64,000 nt of DNA from Phyllobates terribilis (GCF_046119375.1 NW_027362770.1:79298001-79362000), one strand, 5' to 3'. Positions 1 through 13,156 are shown, counted from the first letter of the stretch. Numbers and translations are program-made. Notes: generated by a model from the sequence alone, not told the origin.

Positions 1-24
1 CTAAGGAGTGCGTCTCCCAAATTG

Positions 25-550
25 TTATTGCATATGCAGTGACTGCAAAGGCTGACAAAAATTTGGACGCACCCCAATGCCCCTTTGAAGAGACATAGGG
101 CCTCAGTAAAAAAAAATTCCCATTATGAAGGAGTAGGTCTCCTATACTGTTATTGTGCATGCAGTGACTGCAAGGGCTGCCAAAAATTTGGACGCACTCC
201 AATACCCCTTTGAAGAGACGTAGAGGAGGGCCTCATTAAAAAATATTTGCATTATTAAGGAGTGGGTCTCCTATAGTGGTAATGCCCATGCAGTGACTGC
301 AAGGGCTGCCAAAAATTTGGACGCACTCCAATACCCCTTTGAAGAGACGTAGAGGAGGGCCTAATTAAAAAAATATTTCCATTATTAAGGAGTAGGTCTC
401 CTATAGTGGTAATGCCTTTCAGTGACTGCAAGGGCTGCCAAAAATTTGGACGCACCCCAATACCCCTTTTAAGAGACATAGAGGAGGTCCTCATTAAAAA
501 AAATTGTTCCCATTATTAAGGAGTGGGTCTCCTATAGTGGTAATGCCCAT
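25..550. repeat. ~128-bp tandem repeat (about 4 units), 3' subterminal array of hAT-1
   Basis: ATGCAGTGACTGCAAGGGCTGCCAAAAATTTGGACGCAC recurs near 33, 160, 289 and 419; a related unit occurs at 35661-36140. Confidence 0.85.
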
Positions 551-835
551 GCACCAAGTGCAAAAATGAAAAACATTTACCCCTGGGGGTATACATGAAC
601 ATACTGTATAACATACAGTATATTAGAGGTAGGCCTCTAAAAAAATTTCCTACGGGCATCATAAACACCCTTAAAAAAATTATGTGGGTGTTGCATGATG
701 GTCACCGTGTTGATATGGTGGAGGAAAAGGAGAAGGGTGACATAACATAGACAAAATCAGGACGCGTATACCCATGTCTGGGTGTGAAGAGGTGCAAGGG
801 AATAGACACCCCCAAAAAAAACACTGGATTTGACT

Positions 836-3800
836 TTATGTTCTGCTGCTATCATCTGGTGGTGTTGAGAAGTCTGGCCCAATCCAGCCCTTGTTCCTTC
901 TTTCAGCATTTTCAGTTGACAGGCGGATGCGCCTCTCAGTTATAATGCCCCTGGCGGCACTAAAAACCTGCTCGGACAAAACGTTAGTGGCAGTGCAGGC
1001 CAGGACCTCCAAGGCGTAGAGAGACAGTTCTTGCCACGTGTCCAGTTTGGATACCCAATTGTTATAAGGCAGAGAGGAATCACAGAGGACGTTGGTACAG
1101 TCGGCAAGGTAGTCCTTCAGCATCTTCCAAAACTGTTCCCTCCTGGGCAGAGAACCCTGCGCATCATGTCTTTGATGCTGGGAGGGTCTGAGAAAACTGT
1201 CTCAAAACACCTTTGACAATGTTCCCCTGCTTCTGCTGCATCTTATTTGTGTCTCCCTCGCCTGTACTCCTTGGCTGTCAAAGGAAATGTGACATCTGCC
1301 GCCAGCGTTTTCAGATGGGAATTTTTTTAAGAATTCTTTAACAAGGTACTGCAACATTTTACTAGACCTCTTCGCCATGGGAAGGAGAGCTAGAAAGTTC
1401 TTTTTGTAGCATGGGCCTAAAAGTGTGACCAACCAGTAATTACTGTCACCCAAAATGTGTGCAACGCGAGGATCACGGGAAAGGCTGCGGATCATAAAGT
1501 CAGCCATGTGTGCCAGACTTCCAACAGCCAAGACTTCCCTGTCCCGACCAAGAGGACGCTGAACAGATGGTATGACTGTTGTGTGGGTAGTACTGTCTGT
1601 AGCACAGGAAAAGAGCTCCTCTTCCTCCTCCTCATTATCCCCCAATCCGCGTTGAGATGAGATGAGGCTGGGCTGTGTGGCATCACCCTGTATGGCTTCT
1701 TGCTCCATCTCATTGTTCTCCGCCTGCAATGCCTCCTCTTTAATTGTGAGCAGCGAGCTTTTCAGTAGACAGAGAAGCGGGATGGTGACACTAATTATGG
1801 CGTCTTCGCCACTCACTATCTTGGTGGAGTCCTCAAAGTTTTGGAGGACGGCACAGATGTTAGATATCCATGCCCACTCATCAGCTCTTATATGTGGAGG
1901 CTGACATGAATACCGGCAGGCGTGTTGAAGCTGGTACTCAACAACTGACCTCTGCTGCTCACAAATCCTTCCCAACATCTGCAACGTTGAGTTCCAACGT
2001 GTGGTGACATCGCACACCAGTCAATGAGCTGAAAGCTGCTGAAGCACAGTGTGAAGCTGCAGGTGACTTTCTGAAATGGGCACACATACGGCATATTTTC
2101 ACAAGCAACTCAGGCAGATCTGGGAAGGTTTTGAGAAACCGCTGAACACTAGGTTGAGCACATGGGCCGGGCATGGTATGTGTGCGCGTTTGCCAAGCTT
2201 CAGAGCCACCAACAGGTTATGACCATTGTCACACACGACCATGCCTGGCTGTAGGTTCAGTGGTGACAGTCACAGATCTGCCTGCTCTGTTACAACTGTC
2301 AACAACTCTGCAGCGGTGTGCAGTTTGTCCCCTAAGCATATTAGCTTCAGCACAGCCTGTCTCCACTTGGCTGAGGCAGTGCTGCAGTGCTTCCAGCTTC
2401 CAACTGATGTGATCATTTTGGAGATGGAGGCCGAAGAAGATGAGGACGTACAGGAGCTGTAGTATGTTGGGGCAACCCTGATTGACCCAGGGCCCGCAAT
2501 CCTCGGCGTCGGAAGGACGTGTTCTGTTCCATTGTCCGATTGGGTCCCGCCTTCCATTATATTAACCCAATGTGCCATCAGTGAGATGTACCGTCCCTGG
2601 CCACAAGCACTTGTCCACATGTCCGTGGTTAGGTGGATCTTCCCAGTAACTGCATTGCTGAGGGCACGGCTAATCTTGTGGGACACGTGCTTGTGTAAGG
2701 TGGGGACGGCACACCGGGAGAAATAGTGGCGGCTGGGGACTGAGTACCGAGGGACGGCCGCCACAATGAGGTTGTGGAAAGATTCCGTCTCCACAAGCCT
2801 AGAAGGCAACATTTCAAGTGCAAGCATTTAAGAAATGTGGCAGTTTAGTGCTATGGACTGTGGGTGTTTGGCTGTGTATTTGTGCTTAGGTTCAAAGGAC
2901 TGGGGTAGGGATAACTAAGCACTGCACTGGGACAAGGACGTGGTTGCTGACAGTAATGGTTGCAGGTGTGCAATGACAGGTGCAGGGCACTAGGCATCTT
3001 CACTTGTGCCATGGACAGGGGATTGGCATGAACGCACAACAGCGGAACAGGGAGTGGTGTCACCCGCAGACACTGTTTCTGGACCCTGGCGATCAACCCA
3101 ACTAGTTGGGTACTTTGCTGTCATGTGCCTGATGGTGGTCAGACTGGTAGTTTTGCTGCCCCTGATAATGCTGGCGTGGCAGATGTTGCAAATGGCCTTT
3201 TTGGGGTTAACTGGACAGTCTGGAAGACCTAACAGTTCCAACTTCCCTCATGTTGATGTTCCGGGGAACAGTTGCCCGCCTTGTGTCTGTGGCCACCCCA
3301 CTGCTTGTTCCTGCCTGTTGTGGTGCTATGCCTCCCTCCCCCTCTGTGCTGCTGTCCTCGTTATGCATGTCACCTTGCCAGGTTGGGTCAGTGACTTCAT
3401 CTTCCACGTACGCACCCTGGGCCTCCTCCTGACTTGCTGGCAATTGTGTCTCATCATCACTATAATCCAGCTCTTATGACAGTAATTGCACTTTCACACC
3501 ATGTGTGACCATGGCTGCTCAAATATTTGGGCATTGCTACATGCAATCTCCTCTTGCCCCTCTTGAAGTAGGCAGAGCGAGAGGCCCAAATCTATAAATG
3601 GAAGAGTGAACAGCTCTTCGGAGTGTCCAAGTGTGGGATCAGTTGTCTCCAGGCACTCGGCATGGTGGGAGGAAGGAGGATCAGGGTGAGGAATATGTGG
3701 TCCAGACTCACGTCTACTGAGACTGGACCGTGTGGAAGACAGAGTGGTGGTGGTGTTGGCAAACTGACTGGAAGCATTATCTGCTATCCAACCAACAACC

Positions 3801-3997
3801 TTTTCACACTGCTCTGGCTTCAATACTGGTGTTCCACGGCACCCTACAAGGTGGGACAGGAAGGTAGGGCGACATGATGTGGGTGCTTGGTGTGCACCCT
3901 CAGCAGGCACAATTTCAGCTAGACCATGGCCTTGTCCTCTACGTGCACCATTACCATCACGTCCATTTCCCCATCCCTTGCCACGCACCTTGCTCAT
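836..3997 (-). pseudogene. hAT (BED-finger, Ac-like) transposase pseudogene, frameshifted
   Basis: ORF pieces give BED finger (CNICHASIIRG), HLTTDMWTS, CDVTTRWNST and dimerisation motif ACTATNVLSEQVFSAA; probable start MSKVRGKG at 3997. Confidence 0.93.
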
Positions 3998-6900
3998 TTT
4001 AAATGGAGTATAATATTTGGCACGCTCCACAAAATGTCTGTATTATTACCGCAGTAATATCAGATCACATCTGATGACCACGGTTTTAAGCAGTGGCCTA
4101 TTAGTATGATATTGGTCAGCGACTAAGTGTGAATAGGTTAAACAACACACAACTGGTATACTTTAAATGGATTATATTTGTCACGCTCCACAAAATGTTT
4201 TTAGGTAGTGGCCTATTAGTATGGTATTGGTTAGCAACCAAGTGTGAATAGTATGGTAGAGGCGCTCACACTGCTGCACTCAGAGGATACAGGACACTCT
4301 CTCTTTAAATGACTTAGTGATTTATTTGTAGGAAGCAGCATAAACCACGGTCAAGTGCATAATATAAACGTAGCCTTTCTGGCATAACAGGAAACAAAAA
4401 GGAAAAATGGTACAGAACAGTCCTTACTTTGGCTGAGGTCCAGCCACTCAGGGTTAGCAAGAGCACATGGTCCAGTCTTAGCACAAACACAAGCTCCTCT
4501 CTCTCAGGAGCTAGCTTCCACACACTGAACACCACCTAAGTGAAAAGGCTGGCTATTTAAATCCCAGACCCCATTCTAGGGTGGAGATATGGTGGATAGC
4601 GTCCCGCCCGCACTATAACCATCCACCTATTAAACATGCCCTTTTTAAATGGCTGTTAAACCTCTCTGCACCTACTATGCAGAAGAATCTTCTATGTTTC
4701 ACATCACTGAAGCTACCAGCCTCAGTGAAACATATCTCCCCTCCAGTATTCTGCCAGTGACCTTGTCACATATCCCCCTCCTTTGCCCAAAGCCGGGGAT
4801 TTTGGCACCTTCGCTTACTAAACATGGAAGTCTGGACAGGGCATCTGCATTACCATGTAGTTTTCCGGGCCTGTGCTCCACTGAAAAACTAAAGTCCTGG
4901 AGTGCCGGGAATCACCTAGTCACCTAGTGTCAGGTCATCTTAGGGGAGCATGACCTGACACTAGCCTGAACTTCGGGCCTAATAAGTAGTATCTCAGGGT
5001 GTCAATTGCCCACTTGATGGCCAGGCACTCTTTTTCCATAATAGCATAGTTATTTTCGCAGGCCGAGAGTTTTCTGCTTAGCTAAAGAATGGGATGTTCC
5101 TCCCCATTTACTTCTTGGGATAAGACGGCTCCTATGCCGACCTTTGAGGCATCCGTCTGGACCACAAACTCTTTATTGAAGTCATACGCTGTCAAGACCG
5201 TCTGCTTACACAGGGCAAGCTTCAATTCCTGGAATGTCACCTCTGCCTCAGAAGACCACTTGGGCATTGCCATCTTCGTACCTTTAAGCAGGTCAGTCAG
5301 AGGTGCCGCTATCATGGCAAAATTCGGGATAAATCGCCGATAGTATCCCACGAATCCCAAACCTGTTTCTTGGAGGCCAGTTGCGGGCAATTCAGGATTG
5401 CTTCCACCTTGTTCACTTGCAGCTTTATTTCCCCCCTTCCAACGACGTAGCCCAAGTATTTCGCCTCTTCTTTTTCTATGGCGCATTTTTTGGTGTTTAT
5501 GGAAAACCCGGACTTTCTTTGTGCCCCCAGTAGAGCCTGGACCTTCTTCAGGTGACTTCCCTAATCTGGGCTGAAGATCACAATGTCGTCTAGGTAAGTG
5601 GTGGCGTACTTTTGTTCGAGGCTAGGATCCAGTCCATTGCCTTCTGGAAGGTAGCTGGGGCTCCCTGCAGACCGAACAGTATCCTGGTGTACTGAAAACA
5701 CACGTCGGGTGTAGAGAAAGCCGTCTTCTCCTTGGCACTTGGAGACAGGAAGATTTGCCAATACCCCTTTGTTAGGTCCAGGTTAGTGATGTACCTAGCA
5801 GGCCCCAGCCGTTCAATAAGTTCATCGATCCGGGGCATCAGATAGATGTTAAACTTAAATACTTTGTTTAGTTTTCTGTAATCATTACAGAAGCGCCATT
5901 CTCCGTTCGGCTTCGGTACAAGAACAATGGGCTGGACCAGCCGCTCTTAGACTCCTCGATGATGCCCTGGCTCAACATTCTCCACACCTCATTGGAGATC
6001 ACCTAGTGGCGGGATTCAGGGATTCAGTATGGCCTCTGGTTCACCCATACATATGGTTCCGTCAAGATCCCATGCTCAACAACCTGCATACATCTGGGCA
6101 ACTCTGAGAACAGGTCTCAGTTTCTATGCAGCAGTTCTCGGCCCTATTGATTTTAGGCCAGTGATAGTGTCTCTACCACTGTGACATCCTTGACCCTTGC
6201 TTCAAAATTGGCCCCAGACACGTAGCTTCCACTGGTTCCTGTCCCACCACGACTTAAGCAAGTTGATCTGGTAGATCTGGTATGGCTTTCTCCTTCCTGG
6301 CTGGTCGATTTTATAATTGACTTCACTTAACTTCTCAACCACCTCGCATGGCCCTTGCCACTTGACCAGAAATTTACTTTCGACCGTGGGCACTAATACT
6401 AAAATCCGGTCTCCAGGGCTGAATTGTCTCAGCCTTGTGGCCTGATTGTAGATCCTTGCCTGGGCTTCTTGTGCCTGTAGGAGGCTCTCCTTCACAATTG
6501 GCATTGCCCTCGTGACCCGGTCCTGCATTTGGGTCACATGCTTGATGACACTCCGTGGGGTGTAATCTCTGCTTCCCAGGTCTCCTTTGCTATGTCTAGA
6601 AGTCCCCGAGGGTGCCGTCCGTATAGTAGTTCAGATGGTGAGAATTCTGTAGAGCTCTGGGGAATTTCCCTAATGGAGAACAGCAGGTATGGCAATAGGA
6701 AATCCCCGTCTCACCCCGTCTGTTGAATATCTCCACCAGGCCGTCCATCTGCAGATGGTATAAAGACGTCCGGAGTTGTATAATCTTGAGAGCTTTACAC
6801 AACTCCCTCATCACCTTAGACATAAAAGGAGTTCCCTGGTCTATCGGGATCTCCTTTGGCAGGCCTGTCCAGGAGAAAATATGCACAAGCTCTCTGGCGA

Positions 6901-7570
6901 TACTCCTGGAGGAGGAATTTCTCAATGGAACCACCTCCGGATACTGAGCTGCATAGTCCAACACTACGAGGATGTATTGGTGCCCCCTGGCAGACTTGAC
7001 CAGGGGCCCGACAAGGTCCATAGCACTCCGATCAAACGGGACCTCTATAATAGGCGATGTTACTAATGGGCTGCTGCAGGGGGATACGGGAGCAGATAGC
7101 TGACAGGTGGGGCTGGACCGGCAGTAATTCATAATCTCTCTGTGACATCCAGGTCAGTAGAACCTCTGCAGGACCCGTTCCTGAGTTTTGTCTACCCCTA
7201 GATGCCCACCCAAGATATAAGAATTGGATATGAGATATGGTGGATGACCTCCCACCCGCACTATAACCATCAACCTATAAAACATGCCTTTTTAAATGGC
7301 TGTTTAACAACTATCATGCAGGAGAAACTTCAATGTATTACATCACTGAAGCAAACAGCCTCAGTGAAACATATCTTCCCTCCAGTATTCTGCCAGTGAC
7401 TTTGTCACAATAGGTTAAATGACACACAACTGGTAGACTTTAAATGGAGGATAATATTTGGCACACTCCACAAAATGTCTGTATTATTACTGCAGTAATA
7501 TCGGATCACGTCTGATGACCACAGGTTTAAGCAGCGGCATATTAGTATGATATTGGTCAATGACCAAGTG
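3998..7570. repeat. ~164-bp 5' subterminal repeat of hAT-1 (3 units, split by the LTR element)
   Basis: TTTAAATGG...CTCCACAAAATG at 3998, 4162 and 7439; the second unit is shortened and interrupted at 4252-7409. Confidence 0.75.
4252..7409 (-). mobile_element. Gmr1-type Ty3/Gypsy LTR retrotransposon remnant (IN-RT-RH order), gag/PR deleted
   Basis: TSD ATAG at 4248-4251 and 7410-7413. 3' LTR 4252-4770 follows PPT GGCAAAGGAGGGGGATA; 5' LTR remnant ~7230-7409 starts TGTGACAAAGTCAC. Integrase 6596-7132 (DLVGPL...DYA) precedes RT 5590-5838 (DLTKGYWQI) and RNase H 5082-5486 (QTDAS), then NADALSR. Confidence 0.9.
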
Positions 7571-8602
7571 TGAATATGGTGTAGTATATTGCTTTTCAAG
7601 CAAATAATCAGGATTAAGAGCAAAAAGAATATTAGCCCTGATATCTAGGGCTATGGATATCTGTAACAGCAGCGGACAGAACATGCAAAGGACCCTATTC
7701 TGCTCTATATACTCTCCACAAACTCTGCCTGCCTAACTCCTGCTATCACCAGGATTAATAATATGCATCTGGATTAGTTCTTAGAAGGGCTGTTAGTTGA
7801 GATGTATATTGCACAGGAATACCCATTACCTAACTATTCTAAATAAACCACCAATTCTCTCCCTAGCTCAGCAGCACCTGTCCCTACTCTGCCTGTCTGA
7901 AGGGTACACTGTGACGAGCATAGGGTCACTGGGTCTTATATAGACCCGATGTCGCTATGCTGCCAGCCAATCACTGTAATGCCACAACCAACATGGCTGC
8001 GGCATTTCAGTGAGTGGCAGGATATCCCCGCATGATTATTCGCTGTCTAAACAGTGCCAAACATGCGGGGTGAGACTCGAGCTCCTGCCCGAGCACCAGG
8101 AAGTACTCGCCAAGCGCCGAGCATCTCGAACAGTAAGATGCTTGAGCGAGTACCGAGCAGTTACCAGCACGCTCGTTCATCACTAATAACAAACTAACAC
8201 ACTTCTGTTCCGCACAACTCCACTCTGTTGAGCTAACCCAGCTGCTATTATTAGGCTTATAAGCCCCAGGCTGAATTAAGGAAATTACCTTTCCCACCCA
8301 GATTCTTTTGGTTGATCCTGAATCCCGAACCCAGTCAAATTAAAACTCTAAGGGCACGGCCCCACTATCAGTATTTGGTCAGTATTCAGTCAGTATTTTG
8401 TCTCAGGAATGGGAGCCAAAACCACTCCTGGCAGTGGCCTATCTCTGTATTTGTATATCGCTATATACACATGAAAATGTCTCTGCGCATGCCAATATGT
8501 GATGACATAATGAAGGTCCAAGAAGGGTCTTTGCACTTTTCTGTATTGATGTTGCTTTTCTTTTCTGGGAATTTGATTTAGATTCACAGTACTGCAGTAC
8601 TG

Positions 8603-8604
<2 letters not shown>

Positions 8605-8681
<77 letters not shown>
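8605..8681. repeat. (TA)n microsatellite
   Basis: Direct reading; abuts the TA target of the following Tc1 derivative. Confidence 0.95.
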
Positions 8682-9035
8682 CAGTACAGACCAAAAGTTT
8701 GGACATACCTTCTCATTTAAAGATTTTTCTGTATTTTCTTGACTATAAAAATTGTACATTTACACTGAAGGCATCAAAACTATGAATTAACACATAGTTC
8801 AAGAGAATGCCAAGAGTGTGCAAAGCAGTCATCAAAGCAAAAGGTGGCTACTTTGAAGAACCTAGAATATAAGACATATTTTCAGTTGTTTCACACTTTT
8901 TTGTTAAGTATATAATTCCACATGTGTTAATTCATAGTTTTGATGCCTTCAGTGTGAATGTACAATTTTCAAAGTCATGAAAATACAGAAAAATCTTTAA
9001 ATGAGAAGGTGTGTCCAAACTTTTGGTCTGTACTG
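8682..9035 (+). mobile_element. Internally deleted Tc1 element (MITE-like)
   Basis: TIRs CAGTACAGACCAAAAGTTTGGAC at both ends with TA flanks; centre encodes the Tc1 C-terminus MPRVCKAVIKAKGGYFEE. Confidence 0.9.
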
Positions 9036-9160
9036 TATATATATGATATAGATACTAGCACTGCTTCCAAAGGACTTGGTGCTGAGGGGTCAAAACAACA
9101 TGGTGACAGTTGTAAAGTCTGCTGCTGTTTTCAACTGCAGATGGATCAATTGCAGCTTAA

Positions 9161-9913
9161 CCCCTTTACGAGCAATGACGGACAAAGCACGGGTCTCACT
9201 TCCCGCATCATGATGTGCTATGCTCATCATGACTTTCAATTGTCACTGCGTGTATACACACAGTGAAAGCTCAGTGCCGACGGCTGTCACTGACAGGTGA
9301 GTGACACAGGAAGAGGTGTGGGGACCAATGCCGTCGGTCCTCGCACTCAGAGGGCTGTGATCAGTCTGTCAATCTTACTGACCGATCACAGCATGATCGC
9401 GCAGGAGGAACTGAAATATTTAAATAAAAAAGTACAAAATAATAATAATAAAAAAAACACTTTATAAATACACATAAAAAATAAAAATAAACAAAAAGAG
9501 TACACATATGTGATATCGCCGCATCCAGATCGACCTGATTTATAAAACTATCACACTAGTTAACAAAAAACAAAATTATGTTTCAAAAATTGTGCTGATG
9601 TAAAGTAGATATATGGGAAACGTTATTTATTAGCTATTTTGTGTGACATAACTCTCTGGTTTATGGACATAAAAATTAAAATTTAAATATTGTGAAATTT
9701 TCAAAATTTTCTCCAAATTTCCAATATTTTCAAAAACGCAAGTCATATTGAACAAATTTTACCAATATCGTGAAGTACAATATGTCACTAAAAGACAATC
9801 TCAGAATCACCGGGATCCGTTGAAGCGTTCCAGAGTAATTATCACATAAGAAGACACTGGTCAGAATTAAAAAATCAGTCATTAACCTACAAAGTGGCCG
9901 GGTCCTTAAGGGG
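9161..9913. mobile_element. piggyBac-type non-autonomous element
   Basis: TTAA at 9157-9160 and 9914-9917; termini CCCCTT...AAGGGG; interior resembles 31380-31515/34559-34795 and 62469-63305. Confidence 0.75.
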
Positions 9914-10288
9914 TTAAGTGCTATTTTTTTAAAAAAACAAAAAAGATGGTGAGCAGTGCAGGTGTACTCCTCTGTCCTGTTCGGATCAGGGATTATTGTG
10001 TGTATTAAGTAGTAATACCCAGTGATCTTTGGATTTTTCAGCTTTATTTTTTAGTTTTATGGCCTCAAATGAAAGTTTCCTGCATATCACAAATGTAAGT
10101 CATTTGTCACACCACTTGCTAAGCAGCAGTTGTCACATTCAGATCTAATGCTTCTGATCAGTCAGCACTTTGCAGTTTTTGACTGGAAATGCGGAAAGCA
10201 GACATTATGCCCCTGCCTTCTTGATAGTCTGCTTCTTTAGTTGGAAGCAATACAGCATCCCTTTATAAAAATGTTCTGACAGCACATA

Positions 10289-11457
10289 CAGGTGCTTCTC
10301 ACTAAATTAGAATATCATCAAAAAGTTAATTTATTTCAGTTCTTCAATACAAAAAGTGAAACTCATATATTACATAGAGTCATTACAAGCAGAGTGATCT
10401 ATTTCAAGTGTTTATTTCTGTTAATGTTGGTGATTATGGCTTACAGCCAATGAAAACACAAAAGTCATTATGTCAGTGAATTAGAATATTTTATAACAAC
10501 AGCTTGAAAAATGTTTTTAAAATCCGAAATGTTGGCCTACTGAAATGTATGTTCAGTAAATGCACTCAATACTTGGTCGGGGCTCCTTTTGCATCAATTA
10601 CTGCATCAATGCGGCGTGGCATGGTGGTGATCAGCCTGTGGCACTGCTGAGGTGTTATGGAAGCCCAGGTTGCTTTGATAGCAGCCTTCAGCCCATCTGC
10701 ATTGTTGGGTCTGGTGTCTCTCATCTTCCTCTTGACAATACCCCATAGATTCTCTATGGGGTTAAGGTCAGGTGAGTTTGCTGGCCAATCAAGCACAGTG
10801 ATACTGTTGTTTTTACACCAGGTATTGGTACTTTTGGAAGTGTGGACAGGTGCCAAGTCCTGCTGGAGAATGAAATTTCCATCTCCAAAAAGCTTGTTGG
10901 CAGAGGGAAGCATGAAGTGCTCTAAAATTTCCTGGTAGATGGCTGCGCTGACTTTGGTCTTGATAAAACACAGTGTACCTACACCAGCAGATGACATGGC
11001 TCCCCAAACCATCACTGATTGTGGAAACTTCACACTAGACCTCAAGCAGCTTGGATTGTGTGTCTCTCCACTCTTCCTCCAGACTCTGGGACCTTGATTT
11101 CCAAATGAAAATTGGAACTCTGGGACCTTGTGGAGGGTGTCAATGACTGCCTTCTGGACATCTATCAAGTCAGCAATCTTCCCCATGATTGTGGCGCCTA
11201 CTGAAACAGATTAAGGGGCCTTTTTAAACGCTTAGGAAGCCTTTGCAGGTGTTTTTTGTTAATTATTTTAATTTACTAATGACTTTTGGGTTTTCATTGT
11301 CTGTAAGCCATAATCATCAACAGTAACAGAAATATACACTTGAAATAGATCACTCTGTTTGTAATGACTCTATATGATATATGAGTTTCACTTTTTGTAT
11401 TGAGGAACTGAAATAATTAACTTTTTGATGATATTCTAATTAAGTGAGATGCACCTG
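10289..11457 (-). mobile_element. Tc1 (DD34E) transposon, internally deleted
   Basis: Long TIRs starting CAGGTGC, TA flanks. ORF 10566-11186 has QQDLAPVH...SPDLNPIENLW (34 aa D-to-E) but the N-terminus is fused directly to FGNQGPRVW, so the DNA-binding domain and first D are lost. Confidence 0.92.
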
Positions 11458-11560
11458 TATGTGTGTGATACGTGGCTATCAATTTGTTACAATGCAGCAT
11501 ATTCATTTATCCAGTTCAAACAGGGTATGAGAGTTTTAACACTGGAGTTAATCAGAGTTA

Positions 11561-11757
11561 GGCCATGGCCCCACCATCAGTATTTATTTGGTCAGTATAT
11601 TTTCTCCGGAATGGGAGACAAAACCTGGAGTGGGTGATAAATGCAGAATTGGTGACTTGTTTCTATTATATATTTCCTCTGATTGTTCCTCACCTGGTTT
11701 TGGCTTACAAATACTGATGTAAAATACTGACCAAATACTGATAGTGGGGCCGTGGCC
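11561..11757. mobile_element. Harbinger/PIF-type palindromic MITE
   Basis: TTA flanks; TIR GGCCATGGCCCCACCATCAGTATTT vs AAATACTGATAGTGGGGCCGTGGCC; related fragment near 8350-8600. Confidence 0.7.
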
Positions 11758-12362
11758 TTAGGGTTTATAACTTATGTTCTAGTGACAATATTCTGAAGAT
11801 AAATGTTAGGCTAAATTTACACGACTGTATAATAAAATTATCTAATTTTCATCCTAAAAAAATCCATCGGTATTGCCATTTTATGCCATCTGAATGTTTA
11901 TTTTTTATATCTGCATGGCATCAGCAGTGAATAAAATTGACAAGACTAAAAACAGTCTCCTATGTTAATAAATGCAATGCTTCCATAAAAATTGCTGCTG
12001 TATTTGGGTTACGGGGGTCAGCCACATTAGCTTTAGTTTATGTGTTGGGGGCACTTTCTATTACATAGGTATTATATATTCCCCTCCTGCTCTCATTACT
12101 GCAGCTTTCCTCATAGACTGCGCAGCTCTCCAGTGCATTCAATGGTTGCTGATGGAGGGGCAGTGACCAGAGCTGTCCTTCTTCAGTCTCCTTCAATTGA
12201 AAACCTCACATGAGAAAACAAATTTCTATTGGCTGAGACTGAAGGACAGGTCCGGTCACATGTTCCTCCACCAGCAGTTATTGTGTGGACTGGAGAGCTG
12301 CACAGTCTCTGAGGAAAACTGCACTAACAAGAGCAGGAGGAGAACCTGTCATACCTATATAA

Positions 12363-13051
12363 GGGTTCTTTCATATGTCAGTGTTTCCACTAAGTGTGGA
12401 TACAGTTTCCACACATATTGGAGACAAGGACACACACAGTATCAGTGTGTTTCCATGGACCGTGTGTCTGTGTGATCCACACGTAGACATGTCCATTTTT
12501 GGCCGTCAGCTCGGATCACACGGCCCCATTCAAGACAATGGGTCCGTGTAAACACCTAGCGCACACGGATGCCCGGACACGGCGCTTGGGAATCAGTGTA
12601 CAGTTAGTACTGTTCCCAAGTTCCAGGTGCTGAATGCTGCTCTCATCATTATCCCCTGCCGGCGCTGCGATCAGCACCAGCAGGGGATAATGATGAGAGT
12701 TGGTCACATGGATTACAGCAGGGGACACTTAAGTGAGTATATGGATTTTTTAATTTTATTCTTATTTTTACAGGTGGAGACACCGGGAGCAGACACTACT
12801 ACTCTCATCATTATCCCCTGCTGGTGCTGATCACAGCACTGGCTGGGGACAATGATGAGGGCAGTGTTCAGCACCGGGCACTTGGGAAGAGCACTAACTG
12901 TACACTGATTTCCAAGCGCCGGTATGTGTGCTCCTGATGCGGCACACGGTTGCGACACGTGTGCCATACACGGAAACATGGACACACGGACACGGATATC
13001 TCCGGTACTGTTTTTTCCAGTACCGGAATTATCCGGACGTGTGAAACGGCC
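12363..13051. mobile_element. Harbinger-type MITE with internal hairpins
   Basis: Right end GTGTGAAACGGCC; degenerate left end; two internal inverted repeats CTCTCATCATTATCCCC/GGGGATAATGATGAG at ~12640-12698 and ~12802-12860. Confidence 0.55.
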
Positions 13052-13156
13052 ATAATAGTAAGTGCCACAAAATCATGTCCTCAACACATCTGATAAAATA
13101 AATATAATGAAGCCAACCCCGGGAACTCGTACTGCAGTCAGCAATAAACAGTGTAA

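Larger units (their letters stand above)
1..8185 (-). mobile_element. hAT DNA transposon copy 1 (hAT-1), decayed; left end outside window; interrupted by Gmr1-type LTR element
   Basis: Transposase fragments 836-3997. Right terminus GCTCGTTCATCACTA ends at 8185 (reverse complement TAGTGATGAACGAGC). Terminal ~300 bp resemble hAT-2 48540-48883. Confidence 0.85.

Noticed and set aside
3006-3479. Antisense ORFs over TE coding regions (also 32803-33144, 37339-37870, 61500-61973 and others)
   Set aside because: They are opposite-strand shadows of transposase/pol sequence or GC-rich LTR repeats, with no independent motifs.
8390-8759. ORFs rich in YI/IY repeats
   Set aside because: Translation of the (TA)n microsatellite and adjacent Tc1 TIR.
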